Source of the DNA: Amoebidium appalachense
Lineage: Eukaryota; Protista; Ichthyosporea
Assembly (NCBI GenBank): GCA_963693365.1
Contig: CAVNZM010000007.1
Coordinates: 3,529,462 to 3,593,461, forward strand
Reading direction: 5' to 3'
Length of the DNA stretch: 64,000 bases
In this document: positions 22,478 through 36,787 of the stretch, piece by piece
Position numbering within the stretch: the stretch's first letter is position 1
Layout: each line of letters starts with the position of its first letter
The notes under the pieces: model-generated
What the model was told of the DNA's origin: nothing
What the model saw: only the letters and a program-made list of their open reading frames with translations
The model's database searches: none
Program-made: the position numbers and the translations under genes

Positions 22478-24937
22478 TTTCTTTTTTTTTTTTTTGGAGG
22501 GGGGGGGGGGGGGGGGTACCAGTGTCGTGGAATTGTTATGTCGGAAGTCGAGGTTGGCAGTCATGTACCAGCACCGAACAATCTTGCGGTCAGCCATGTG
22601 CGCTGCTGCTGCTTGCTAGAAGACTCACCCGAGGGCACCATCTCCCACCTGCACGGGGAAAGTGAAGCGTGACCAGTGAGAAGGAGGAAAAGTGAGAGGC
22701 AGTTTGAAACAGGAAATAAGGGGAATAACCTGGTCCATTATGTTATAGCTGAAAAGTTTGTTTTTTTTTTTGGGCGGGGGGGGGGGGGGGGGGGGGGACA
22801 AAACGCCCATGAGGTTTAACACGAAAACATCAAAAGGACAGAATCTTACATTGTCATACCTACAGCAGCACTCTAAACTTTCGATGCAAGCAAGTGGTTA
22901 CCGACTAACCTCGTATGTGTCAGTGGGGTACGTTGCGTGCAACGTGTAGGAGTGGGCGCTAACAGACCTTATCACACAGGTAAAAAGTCAAACGTGCACA
23001 TGTCATGATAGATGGGTGCCCCACTACGCATGCTGGGCAATAAGGACGGCACACATTTGTTAAAACAATGAAACAAAGGAGGGCATAACCTTCCAACAAT
23101 GGTTGCCGAGAAGTTTTGTATGCACCAGCCCTTATGAACTAAGAGACTTGTAGAAACTGCCGAAAACATGGCTTGGCACACAATGATGCAGAATGCGCGC
23201 TTTTTGCCCTGTGTTTACCTGCACAAAACTAAAAGTGCTGACAGGCTGACCTACAGAAGAGCTCAACCACTATACCATAAACGATAAGTGCAAGGTCCCT
23301 TAGGGCTCTTTATTGCAAGAGCGTTTTCACAAAAAGCGGCATTGCCAAGAACCAACATCAAAAGGTGCCAGCCCAAGCTGGGCATAACCCAGGCAGTAAA
23401 AACCTACCTCCTTGCTGCTCGGTTTAGAAGCTGTCATTCTAAAAGCAAGCGACCGTTAGCCTCTGTCAGAGAGGATGGTGCCTCTGTCAGAGAGGATGGT
23501 GCCCTGCATGTGAAAGAGGAGAGCAAAGGTGAAAATAACTCTTGAAAGTATCATCCTGTTATGCAGATGTGAGCACAGAGGGCACAAAAAAGCTGCAGTG
23601 TGACAGAAAGTAAAACTGCGACAGCATGCACCAGTTGCGGCAGGAAAGACCAAGAAGAAAGGAGGGCTACAGCAAGGAAGAAAAGCAAGAATAGAACGTT
23701 GCACAGAAGCCCAGTCCTTCAGCAAACAGGTAGACGCAACAGTCGCATAAGCATCTGTACTAACCTGCACAGCCTGTAGCTCTGAAAACATCATCTAGTT
23801 AGCTTACAAGCCACGGGTGCAACTGAAAGGAGTTACAGCTCAGACTTCTTGAACAGCGGAAGTGCAAGTGAAAACTGACCTCCGAAGGGTGGGAAAAAAA
23901 CTGTCATAACGGACAATCATTAATGATTGGAGAAGACCAATCAAGAAACAGGAGCATAATCGGATTATCCATAATGTGACTAATGAATACCAATCACACA
24001 GCCGAACAAAAATCGGTTCAATCTATTATCATTAATCAGATTACAAAACACCAATCACGCAGCAGGACAAGCATGGTGGTTCGAATCCGATGAGTCAAGC
24101 CGATAATCCCTCCATGTGTTCTACATACATCAAAGTTGGGTTTTATTTGTGGAAATTATTGACATAAATATTTTTCTGGGTAAACACGTAGGATGGGTGT
24201 TCGATACCAACATAACCATGTAGGCTTCATTTCGTGTTTTAGCAGTTAGCGGTTGGCTGCCCGCACACGGGCACCTATTAGCCAGTCAAAACATCAGATA
24301 CCACAGATCACTAGACCGAGTTATGATTGGCTCGGATCAGATTTCACATATCACTAGATCGATTTTTGATTGGCTCAGATCGGTAGGCTTAGGTATATAA
24401 GCACGACAGTTCTTAGCAGATCAGCAAGCTACAAACACATCTTCTGTGTTTAGCATCCACAGCCTTACAGCTATATATTTGGCCAACCGGCCCGACCCGT
24501 AGATCTACCCGCGACGCACTGCAGGAATTTCCACATTAACGGTCGGTCCTGCGCTAAGCAGCCCTGCCCCTTCTCCCACGTGTGCCCGCTCTGCTCTGGC
24601 ACACACCCCCGCAAAGACTGCAAGCACAATGCCTAGTCTACGCGCACACCCACACACACAGCTAGAACATAGGGGTTCGGAGCTAGGACACACGAGTACA
24701 GGGAAACGGAGCTCGGGAGAACGGGCCAATAGGGCTGAGTACAAAATTTCGCAGGCCAACTACGGCGCCCGCGCGCGTCAAGAATAAATGTCCCTATACA
24801 AAGACGTTTATTCTGGCCACTGCACATAATTTTACTCCCCCCCCCCCCCATCCCACGAGCCTCCCCCCCCTTACACTCACCTAGCACTCCCTCCCCCCCC
24901 CCCCTTCTTCTACCGCTGTGTCCGCCCACACCCCCGC

Positions 24938-25032
24938 GTGCTCGGGCACATTCCCCTGCACAGGGCCCCGCTGCCCTCCCTGCCAACCCTCACTTGGGCC
25001 AAGCTGCCCTACTCTAACCCCCCGGGGCCCTG

Positions 25033-25084
<52 letters not shown>

Positions 25085-26767
25085 CTGCCGGGATCTCCCC
25101 AAGGGTACACCACCCTTGCTAACCACCCCTTCCCCCGAGGCTCAGACCCGGAGGCCCGCCCGCTGCCCCAGCACCACATTGACACCTCCCGCCTCCGGGA
25201 ACTGCTGGCCTCCTACCCGGACCAACCATTCGCCGCACAACTCCTCCACGATGTCGAATTCGGCGTCGACATCGGCTATCGCGGCCCCTCCACCTCTCGG
25301 GTGGGCCCCAACCTACCCACCACCCCGGAGGCAGCTGCCGCTATCACGGTGGATATTGCCAAAGAAGTCGCCCTCGGCCACCTGCGCGGCCCCCTCTCCC
25401 CGGCCCAATTCTTTGACGAATTTCCCGTCCACCGTTCCTCCCCCATCGGCGCCGTTACCAAGAAAGGGAACCCCCCCAAGTACCGTCGAATCCACCACCT
25501 CTCCTGGCCCCGGGGTAGCAGTGTCAATGACAGCATCACCTACCCCGACGAACTTCAGTACATTCGCGCCCGGGATGTCACCCAACTCATTCTCGACGCA
25601 GGCCCCGGCTGCTACATGGCCGTGGCAGATGTGCAGGCTGCCTTCCGGCACATGCCCATCCGACCGGAAGACCACCACTTAATGGCATTCAAATGGCAAG
25701 GGCATTTTTACGTTGAAACCAGACTGCCCTTCGGCCTGAAATCTAGCCCAGCCATCTGGGAACGGATCGCGGCCACCCTACAGTGGCTGGCACACCAGCA
25801 CGGTATTACCCTCATCCGCCACTACGTAGACGACTGGATTATAGTCGCCCCCACACAAGAGCAGTGCCAACGTCACCTATCCACCTTTCTGCAACTCTGC
25901 CGAGAGCTGCACATTGCCATCTCCGAAGACAAGATGCAGGGCCCGGCTACCCGTGTCGTCTTCATCGGTATCGAATTCGACTCCATCGCCATGGAGGCAC
26001 GAATCCCGGCTTCCAAGCTCTCGGACCTACTCGACCTCACTTCCCACCCAAAGCCCACCATCACCATTCGGGACCTCCAGTCCCTCCTCGGCAAACTCAC
26101 CTGGTGTGCCCAGCTGGTTCCCCCCGGGAGGGCCTTCTCCCAGCGCCTATGGGCCCTTCTCCGGACCCACCCACACCTTGCCGGCCACCACCACATACGA
26201 CTGACTGCTGCCGCCCGGGCCGACATAGCCGAATGGCACCAGTTCCTCACATCATGGAATGGGGTGCACCTCATCACACCCCCCACATACACCACCCTGG
26301 CCACTGATGCTGCCGGATCGGTGGGTCTAGGTGGCCACTGGCTCGACCAATGGTTCTTCATGCCCTGGTCCCCCTCCACCCAAGCCCTCTATGCTCATGA
26401 GGGTAAACTCGGTTCTTCCGTCATCGAACTCCTGGCCATCGCAGCCGCCGTGGCCCTCTGGGCCCCCTCCTGGTCCACCCACCATGTCCGTATTTTATGC
26501 GACAACACGGGTGCTGTGTCTGACCTGCACTCCCGGTCTTCCCCCCACCCCGTGATGGCCAAACTTATTCGGTTCATCACCCGCATGGAAATGCAATACC
26601 AATTTACGTTACAGGCATCCTACCTACCAGGACCCCTCAACCATCTGGCCGATGCCATTTCTCGTAACCAACTTCCCCGGGCCCGACGACTCCGACCTTC
26701 CCTGCAACCGGAGCCCTGCCCCTTCCCCTCCTGGGTCCACGAGTTCCTATCCCTTCCCTTGGGCTAC

Positions 26768-26798
<31 letters not shown>

Positions 26799-26899
26799 AG
26801 ATCTCCCGTTCCGGAGCAACACTGGCAGATTGGCCCCCCACTTTGCTCCGGCCGAGCTGCTTCGAGCCACCACTACCCTGCAGGAATGCCAGGCCCTGA
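24938..26899 (+). CDS. Ngaro reverse transcriptase-RNase H (start uncertain; reads past the stop used in other copies)
   Basis: GVDIGY, YRRIHHLSWP, ADVQAAFR, LPFGLKSSP, YVDD, TDAA, IELLA, CDN, ADAISR. Confidence 0.92.
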
Positions 26900-27861
26900 G
26901 TCTCAACCTCGACTCTCGGGCCTTTTACTCCCGGGTGCAAAAAGTGTTCATCGATTTCTGTGTGGCATCTCGGCTGCAATCCTCCTCCGGGTCCTCCCTC
27001 CCGGCCTCCCCACACACCGTGCAACTTTTTCTCGCCTGGTGTGCCCAACGAGGGGTACAGGCCTCTTCCTTAACCGGCTACAATTCGGCCATCACCAGGC
27101 TCCACCTCGACATGGGCCTCCCTGCTCCCTACCCCCACGACAAGTCTCTGGCCTGGTTCCTACGGGGGGTGGGCCGATGGCAGCTTTCTCACAACATCCG
27201 ACCCCGCTCATCCACCAGGGAACCCCTCCTCCCCTCCCACCTCCACCTACTCCACGGCCAGTGCCCCACCAAGGCCTCCTCGGCCAATCTCCGGCTATGG
27301 ACGGCCCTCATCGTCGGTTTCTGTGGTCTCCTCCGTTCAGGGGAATTTACCTCCAAGACCCTGACTTCTTTCGACCCGTCCCGTCACGTTAAACGGAAGG
27401 ACGTGACCTTCAGCTACACCCCCACCGGTACTTTGTCCCATGCCACCCTCCACCTGCCAACCTCTAAGACGGATGTACAGGCCCGAGGTGTCAACGTCAC
27501 CCTAGCTGCCCTGCCCCTCACCCACTTCTCCCCAGCCCATCTCCTCCGGCAGTTCCTGGATACAACGTCCGGTCAACCCGACGACCCCCTCTTCAGTCTC
27601 GGTGGCATCCCCTACACCAAGAGTGCTTTCTCTGCCGATTTCCGTGCCCTCCTCTCCCGGGCAGGCCTCTCACCCTCCCGGTTTGCCGGACACAGCCTCC
27701 GCATCGGGGGGGCCACAGCACTGGCTGAGGCCGGGGTCGACGACTCCCGGATCAAACAACTCGGCCGGTGGTCCTCCGACTGCTTCCTGATCTATACCCG
27801 ACTTCGTCCGGCCTCCATTGCTGCCACCACCACACGTGTATTCGCCTCTATTCTTAAGTGA
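26830..27861 (+). CDS. Tyrosine recombinase (phage-integrase family) of Ngaro element; no ATG start
   Basis: Catalytic set R (GLLRSGE), K (SKTD), HSLR, GRW, Y (LIYTR). Confidence 0.95.
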   Translation: MAPHFAPAELLRATTTLQECQALSLNLDSRAFYSRVQKVFIDFCVASRLQSSSGSSLPASPHTVQLFLAWCAQRGVQASSLTGYNSAITRLHLDMGLPAPYPHDKSLAWFLRGVGRWQLSHNIRPRSSTREPLLPSHLHLLHGQCPTKASSANLRLWTALIVGFCGLLRSGEFTSKTLTSFDPSRHVKRKDVTFSYTPTGTLSHATLHLPTSKTDVQARGVNVTLAALPLTHFSPAHLLRQFLDTTSGQPDDPLFSLGGIPYTKSAFSADFRALLSRAGLSPSRFAGHSLRIGGATALAEAGVDDSRIKQLGRWSSDCFLIYTRLRPASIAATTTRVFASILK

Positions 27862-28844
27862 AACCTTTGGAGCAAGCATACTGCTCTCGTGCCGTGGTTT
27901 ACAACCATTGCAGGTTCACTTTCGTCCAAGGGGATGTCCCCCTAGAGGCAACACACGTCCCGGAGTAGTTTTTCATAGAGGTTTTATTTGTGGAAATTAT
28001 TGACATAAATATTTTTCTGGGTAAACACGTAGGATGGGTGTTCGATACCAACATAACCATGTAGGCTTCATTTCGTGTTTTAGCAGTTAGCGGTTGGCTG
28101 CCCGCACACGGGCACCTATTAGCCAGTCAAAACATCAGATACCACAGATCACTAGACCGAGTTATGATTGGCTCGGATCAGATTTCACATATCACTAGAT
28201 CGATTTTTGATTGGTTCAGATCGGTAGGCTTAGGTATATAAGCACGACAGTTTTTAGCAGATCAGCAAGCTACAAACACATCTTCTGTGTTTAGCATCCA
28301 CAGCCTTACAGCTATATATTCCTTTTCACCCACCCACCTACACCCACACACAACCCCCATTGATCCACACATACGTGCTGTTTTTTTTCACGGGGCGAAG
28401 CCTTCCCCCGTTTTTTTTTGGGCACATGGACCTCACGGATCAATAAATTGATGACTGGGGGCTTGCCGTGGTTTACAACCATTGCAGGTTCACTTTCGTC
28501 CAAGGGGATGTCCCCCTAGGGGCAACACACGTCCCGGAGTAGTTTTTCATAGATAATATATTTATATTATAGAATATAGATATATAAACATATATAAATA
28601 TATATCATAAATTATATTTATATATATTTATATATATGAATATACATATAATTTAAATACATATATCATGATATCTGTGCACACGGTGCGGCTGGCGGAC
28701 GATGATCCGGATATCACTGGTATTCGATATCAAGTATATATTGTTAGTGCGCGCATGCATGCACTGTACCGTAAACAGTACGCCCGCACCGTGCAGCTGC
28801 AGTACATGCATATGCACTCAGGTTGTTCCCCCGGCCATGGCCAG

Positions 28845-28875
<31 letters not shown>

Positions 28876-29039
28876 ATTTTTATATTAATTAAAACAATGT
28901 GCACGTGCATGCTTCACCGACTGGCCGGCGCGCGCCATGGCATGTGTACGTATACGCTAGTACTAATTAGCACTGTGCACATATATTATCATGAAGAAGC
29001 AAGGATATTCATTTACGTGCATACAGCACATCCATACAT

Positions 29040-29075
<36 letters not shown>

Positions 29076-29830
29076 TATGATGCACGTATGCGTTCACGCA
29101 CTGTCAACGACACACACACATCGTCGACATATGCATGCACGCGTACGTCTGCATATGATGCGCACGCGCGCACTTTAATACACACACAGAAATTAAAACC
29201 CACGCGCACCGTACACGCGTGGCACATTCACATACACGTGTGCACGGACGCACGCGCACCCCTTACCCCCCCCCCCCCCCCCTGGGGCTCCATCCCTCCA
29301 GCAGTGTCCACGCAATAAAAAGTGTGTAAACCCTCACCCCCCCCCCTCCCCCCCCCCCTCCCCCCCCCCCCCCCCCCCCCCCCCAACAAAGCAACACCTC
29401 CCTCTCCCCTATCCCGACACACACACATACCTGCAACATGAACGTACGGTTCTTTTTGTCATACGATATGGTAGCTTGCAGTAATGCTTGTGTGCCCGTT
29501 CATAGCCCTCAGCTGTCTCTACAGAACCAAAAAGGCGGGTGTCGTCGCTGCAATGGTCCCCGGCATGGAATTTGCTTGACTTGAGGTCGCCAGATGAACA
29601 ATGAAAGCAGTCGGCGCAGACTTGCCAAGTGCGGGGGGGGGGGGGGAGGGGGGAGGGGGGGGGAGCAGGGGGGAGGGGGGAGAGGTAACGAATCATTGAG
29701 CAACTCTATACGGGTAAGTTCCAAAGCAAGCAATAAGACTCCTTATATCCTAAGGTTATTAGATGAAGAGAATAGACAACGGATCACCAGCACGAATTAG
29801 ATTTGTTCCTGCAGCTGGCAATTGTGCTGC

Positions 29831-29863
<33 letters not shown>

Positions 29864-30031
29864 GTTTTTTTTTTTTAGAATTTTTTTTGGGGGGGGGGGG
29901 GGGGGGGAGGGGGGGGGAGGGGGGGGCCCCCCCCGTGTTGGTGGGGGGGGGGGGGGGGGAGGGGGGGGGGAGGGGAGGGGGGAGGAAGGGGGGGGGGGGG
30001 CACCCCCCCCCCCAACCCCGCCCCCCCCCCC

Positions 30032-30132
<101 letters not shown>

Positions 30133-30241
30133 AGTGGGTGGGTGGGTGGGCTGGTGTGGGTGTGACTGTGGGTGTGGGCCGTGTGTCGTCACACACGTCA
30201 GGGGGTGTCACAGTGTTGTGCTTGTGTTACGGTTTGTATTT

Positions 30242-31022
30242 CCCCATCAAGCCCCCCTGCATTTCCACCCGGCGGGTGCGTTCTTCCTTATATATGCACT
30301 CGTGTGGCTAGGTGCATTTTTGTTGCCACCCACGAACCAATGGCCTGGGAGCATCCATCTTTTGGGAATAGCAGCATATAGGTACTCGGGAGGTGTGGGC
30401 CAAGTTACAGGGCTGCAGCCAAAATACCCAAAAAAATCCCTACATTTACCCCCGTAAATGTTTTTTTTTCCACATGTGCAACATCAACTACTCAGGGCAC
30501 CCCCAAATAATGAATATAACGTGTTCCTAAAGCAAGTAGCAGTTGAAACTTGGTACAAAGTAGGAAATGGGTGCTTGGAACGTGTGCACCGAGTTTTAGC
30601 CGTACACCACAAAACCCCATCAAGCCCCCCCACTTTCCCCACCCGGCGGGTACGCTTTTCCTATATGTGCCTTCATATGGCTAGGTGCACTTTTGTTGCC
30701 ACCCACGAACCAATGGCCTGGGAGCATCCATCTTTTGGGAATTGCAGCATATAGGTCACTAGGGAGGTGTTGGCCAAGTTACAGGGCTGCAGCCAAAATA
30801 CCAAAACCCCCCCCTACGTTTACACCCGCGAATGTTATTCTTCCTACATGTGCAACATCAACTACTCAGGGCACCACCAAATAATGAATAACACGTGTTC
30901 CACGTGCAAGTAGCAGTTGACACTTGGTACAAAGTAGCATATGGGTGCTAGGAACGTGTGCACCAACTTTTAGCCGTGCACCACAAAACCCCACCAAGCC
31001 CAACTACTTTCCCACCCGGCGG
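30242..31022. repeat. Tandem repeat of about 374 bp, two units plus a partial third
   Basis: Unit starts CCCCA(T/C)CAAGCCC at about 30242, 30615 and 30989. Confidence 0.85.
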
Positions 31023-31089
31023 TCCCCCCCCCCCCCTCACCCTTCCCCTTTTCCTCCCCCCCCCCCCCCCCCCCCGCCCACCAACAAAC

Positions 31090-31720
<631 letters not shown>

Positions 31721-32233
31721 CACATTGCCAGCTGCAGGAACACAGAATCAAATGGACATAGATTCGATGGCCAATGGTGATCACGTGTGATATCTATATA
31801 AATATCCTTACATGTCCAACGTACATACACTACATAACCAACAGGATATACAAAGGAGATCAATCATCCTAATGTACAATTAGAGCTACAATGCATATGG
31901 TTTTGGGAACAATTACCCGTATAGAGTATGCTCAAATGGATATCCAGTGCCACGGTTGACACCACCCCCCCCCCCCCCCCCCCCCCCCCCAGTATGGCCA
32001 AGTCTGCGTACGATGCTTTATTGTTCATCTGAGAACGACCTCAAGTCAAGCAAATTCCATGCCGGGGACCATTGCAGCGACGACACCCGCCTTTTGGTCC
32101 TGTAGAGACAGTTGAGGGCATGAACGGCACACAAGCATTCAAGCTATCATATCGTATGACAAACAAGAACCGTACGTTCATGTTGCAGGTATTTGTGTGT
32201 GTTTGTGTTTGTGTGTGTGTGTGTGGCGCGCGC

Positions 32234-32267
<34 letters not shown>

Positions 32268-32359
32268 GTGTGTGTGTGTGTTTAGTTTTTTTTATTTTTG
32301 TTGTGTGTGTTTTTTTTTGTGTGTGTGTGTTTGTGTTTGTGTGTGGTTTTGACGTCATT

Positions 32360-32423
32360 GAGCAAGAGCTTGAATATGTATTGTCCTAGCTTGTTTGTAT
32401 TCGTGTCTGCTTTCCCTCTTTGT

Positions 32424-32459
<36 letters not shown>

Positions 32460-35400
32460 CCCCCCCCCCCCCCCCCGTATATCTCTCTCCCTTGTTTCTG
32501 TGGGCACAGATATCTGTAGATCTGTGCACACCTGGCTCTCTTGCCTGATAAGAACTTATTGTGTTTTTATTTCTATTTGCTCTCCTCTGTTTATCTGAGA
32601 GGTAGCGTGATTGGCTAGCCTCACTCGTTGTCTTTCCTTTATTTCAAAATGGCCTAGTTTTGTTCTCAAAAGGATGGCTCGCCAATAGTCGCGAGCGAGT
32701 ACATCCGTAGATCGTGTTGTGCATTCCTGTCTGTTAATATATGTGTGTTGTGATTGGACAATAGAATATATGGAATTCGGTTTATTGCAAAGTGTCTTCA
32801 CTTTGAGAGTGTCGACTGTTAGGAAATATATGTATTTAAATAAGTTTCTTTATAGAGACGAACATAAATATATATGTGAGTTAATAGTGACTAGATGTAT
32901 AATTACTTAATTTATTTAAGTAAGAGGTTCTACACTTTAGTTTAATCGGAAGCTGGAATGCGTATGCTCTGTCGGAATGTGTTTTTCTATCTTCTGATAG
33001 AACCGATTGGTTCTCCCTCTTTAGTTGTGATAAGGTGATAAGTCGCAAGTACAAAAGGAACCGAGAGCACAATAAAGATTCAGTTGTTGTTTGAAATCTT
33101 TCAATGTCTCGTGAACAACTCCGATTGCCCTCTCATTAATGTGTTAGTCGTGTTTTACATGACACCTCTGTGCACTCTCGCAACCTTAAACCTGTCCCGA
33201 CAACAGGTTATGGGCCCATTTTCGCACCCTCTCGCAACACACTAGCAATCGTTAAATTCCTGGTACACATCATAGCTGTGGTCAGCTCCTCATGCACCTC
33301 ATCTAATGGTCACTTGCGTGTTAACGTTGAGTACCTATTACGTGAATTGACGCCGCCCCCCCTTCCTCTTGGTGCTGAGGCCGTGTACATCTCTCCCTGG
33401 CGTCCCCTAAACCCGTCTGTGCTTTTCTGCACATTCCGTCTCTGGCACTTCCCGCCGTCACCTAGCCTCTCGGCTCCTCCCGCGACCGGCCGTAACCGGT
33501 CCTCCGTCACTCCCCTTGACAAGATCTGACTCATCTTGACAAGAGCTTCTGTCATGCCTTGACAATCGTGCCATCCTTGCAAGTTTCAGCTTGCCCTCAT
33601 TCCAGTTCCGTCCTGGTTCCTCTCCGTCACGTCAAACCTTCCTCCACCATTGGTTCTGCCGTCGCGCTCCAAGTTCTTCTTTGACACTTCATGACGTGTC
33701 CCCCTGTCCCGACGTGGTCTCCACCGCGCCTCCCTGTCTGCCCCGGAGGCTCCCATTCCATAACATCGAAATCCCAATCACTCGTCAAATTTCAAACCCC
33801 GGCTCCATTCCGATCGACGATCATTTGACACCCCGTCTCGATCCGACTTGACTATCCTCCCTCAAGTCCATCTGAAGTACCCAAATTCGGTACTTCTTTC
33901 CAGTCTCCCGTGTTCAACACAGTCCAAGCACTTTGTGCTTTCCTACTCCATAGGAGCCCCGGCCCCGAGTCCCTGCCAGAACCGTTTACCATGTCGTCCA
34001 ACATGCTCCCTTCCAGGATTTCCAACCCTGTTCCCACCACCGTGCCGTCACTGTCGCCGGACCCCTCACATTCCATGGATCTGCCCCGCATTCCGGCAGC
34101 AGTTTCCTCCGATCACGTGGCCAGCCTCGTCGAGCTCTCAGCTCCCCCAAACCCTGCACGGGCCCCAGTTACCCCTGCAGCTGTTTCCCCCCGTTACCCC
34201 CCGACCCCGGCAAGCAACACGTGCTGCCAGGTCTGGCCGTTCCCATCCACGTTTCTAGCCAGCCTACCGTGCTGCCTGCCCCCGTTTCCGAAGCCCCTGT
34301 CTTTGACGAATCACAATTCACCACGGCATCCAATCAGATTTCTGTGCCGACCACCAATCAGCCGACTTCAATCGATCCATCACTGCCGTCCCTGGATCCT
34401 CACTCCGATGACGATGAGATTCAGTCAGTGATTCTCCGTCGTTTCCCCCGTCGTGTGCCTGCCCCCGTGGGTCCACCCACCCACCCCCCCACCGGCCAGC
34501 AACCCCTGCTGCCGGCCCCTGCCGTCAATGACCACGTACCTGGTCATCTAACCCCGGTTCGTCCTGGGTCTCCGGAGTTCCACTCGGCCCTGTCCAGCCC
34601 CGTGTCATCCGACTCCCCCTCAACACGGCACCCATCCCCGCCATCCAGGCTCCCATCCCCGAACCCCGAGTGTCTGTCCCAGACACTCCCCCGGCCCCTG
34701 AGCCCCTCCATCCCGTCCCCCGTCGTTACTTCTACACCAAGGACTACATCAACAGTGGGGACGTCACTGTCACCTACATCGACACCAAGAAGAACCTGGC
34801 CGATATCTTCACCAAGCCTCTGGCTGGTCCGGCCCACGACACACACCGTGCCAACCTCAGTCTCCGTGACTGACCCGTGCACTGGTGTTCATCATCGAGT
34901 GGTTTCTGAGTCGGTTGGGGCCCTGGACAGCAGTTGACACACCTACGGTGATCAAGATGCCTCCCAACGAAAGTCTACTACTCCTCATCGTTTCTCTTCA
35001 TCAGTGGGGACTCAGTCTTCCATCGTCATATGTGTGCATCTTCAGTGGGGATTATTCTCCACCATCCGTCGTTTATTTATATTCATATCCCACCATATAT
35101 ATTGGTTTTCTTCTATATTCGACTTATATATATGTCGAACTGGGATGGCGTCCCAGTATAAATAATTATCTATAGCCATGACGTGCTGGTTGACTGCCAG
35201 TCTAAACCTAGTCCACGGGATGCACCTTCGCCGTGTCTTAACTGGTTGACCACCAGTCTATAAATCAGTCCACAAGATGTTCATGCCTTGTGTTTACCTG
35301 GGTGGTCCCCAGTATAAACCATTAGCCACCAACACGTCACACATACACTAGTGTTTCCTATATATATATATATATCGCCGATAACCACCATGATTTCTTA

Positions 35401-35683
35401 TTTCGAGTCTTCAGAGGCAACCGTCGTTGTGTGCCTCTTCAGTTTTGATTCTCTCCTTCCCACCTCAAGGATCTTCGGTTTGCATCCTCGAGTGGGGAAA
35501 CTTGAGTGTGACGGCCCCTCCTGTGTTTGGACCTCATCTACCGTCACATCAACAGACACGAGAACACAAACTTCAACCCCTTGAGTGGGGATGTTGGAAT
35601 ATGTCACCATGTATGACAGCAAGAGCCTTGAAGTATGTATGTGTCCTAGCTTGTTTGTATTCGTGTCTGCTTTCCCTCTTTGT

Positions 35684-35723
<40 letters not shown>

Positions 35724-36463
35724 CCCCCCCCCCCCCCCCCGTATATCTCTCTCCCTTGTTTCTGTGGGCACAGATATCTGTAGATCTGTGCACACCTGGC
35801 TCTCTTGCCTGATAAGACTTATTGTGTTTTTATTTCTATTTGCTCTCCTCTGTTTATCTGAGAGGTAGCGTGATTGGCTAGCCTCACTCGTTGTCTTTCC
35901 TTTATTTCAAAATGGCCTAGTTTTGTTCTCAAAAGGATGGCTCGCCAATAGTCGCGAGCGAGTACATCCGTAGATCGTGTTGTGCATTCCTGTCTGTTAA
36001 TATATGTGTGTTGTGATTGGACAATAGATATATATGGAATTCGGTTTATTGCAAAGTGTCTTCACTTTGAGAGTGTCGACTGTTAGGAAATATATGTATT
36101 TAAATAAGTTTCTTTATAGAGACGAACATAAATATATATTTGAGTTAATAGTGACTAGATGTATAATTACTTAATTTATTTAAGTAAGAGTTTCTACACT
36201 TTAGTTTAATCGGAAGTTGGAATGCGTATGCTCTGTCGGAATGTGTTTTTCTATCTTCTGATAGAACCGATTGGTTCTCCCTCTTTAGTTGTGATAAGGT
36301 GATAAGTCGCAAGTACAAAAGGAACCGAGAGCACAATAAAGATTCAGTTGTTGTTTGAAATCTTTCAATGTCTCGTGAACAACTCCGATTGCCCTCTCAT
36401 TAATGTGTTAGTCGTGTTTTACATGACACCTCTGTGCACTCTGCTCCCTTAGACCCGTACAAA
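32360..36463 (+). mobile_element. Non-autonomous Copia-2 derivative
   Basis: 5' LTR about 32360-33205, PBS 33206-33218, pol remnants 34298-34872 with RT deleted, PPT before 35592, 3' LTR 35592-36463 (tip truncated); no TSD definable. Confidence 0.9.
33206..33218 (+). promoter_or_regulatory. Primer-binding site GGTTATGGGCCCA, complementary to the anticodon stem-loop of initiator tRNA-Met
   Basis: Directly follows the LTR end ...ACAACA; same type as Drosophila copia and yeast Ty5 half-tRNA PBS. Confidence 0.85.
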
Positions 36464-36721
36464 TGCCTCGTCACGGTGCTTGTGTGTGTGTGCCTCGTGC
36501 TTGTGTGTGTGTGTGTGTGTGTGCCTCGTCACGGTGCTTGTGTGTGTATGCCTCGTGCTTGTGTGTGTGTGTGTGTGTGTGCCTCGTCACGGTGCTTGTG
36601 TGTGTGTGCCTCGTGCTTGTGTGTGTGTGTGTGTGTGTGCCTCGTCACGGTGCTTGTATTGTGTGTGTGTGTGTGTGTGTGTGCCTGTCTTTGTGTGTGT
36701 GTGTGTGTGTGTGTGTGCAGT

Positions 36722-36787
<66 letters not shown>

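Larger units (their letters stand above)
24139..28553 (+). mobile_element. Ngaro-type YR retrotransposon with split direct repeats A1-ORFs-B1-A2-spacer-B2; most of gag deleted
   Basis: A1 24139-24479, B1 27890-27979, A2 27980-28328, B2 28464-28553; RT-RH and YR ORFs; no methyltransferase domain seen. Confidence 0.95.

Noticed and set aside
22400-24100. Possible host gene in unique DNA with a CCAAT-rich stretch
   Set aside because: Only short ORFs with no recognisable motif; cannot be supported without expression data
26830-27861. Prophage or bacterial integrase
   Set aside because: Linked to RT-RNase H and split direct repeats in eukaryotic DNA, so it is a retrotransposon YR
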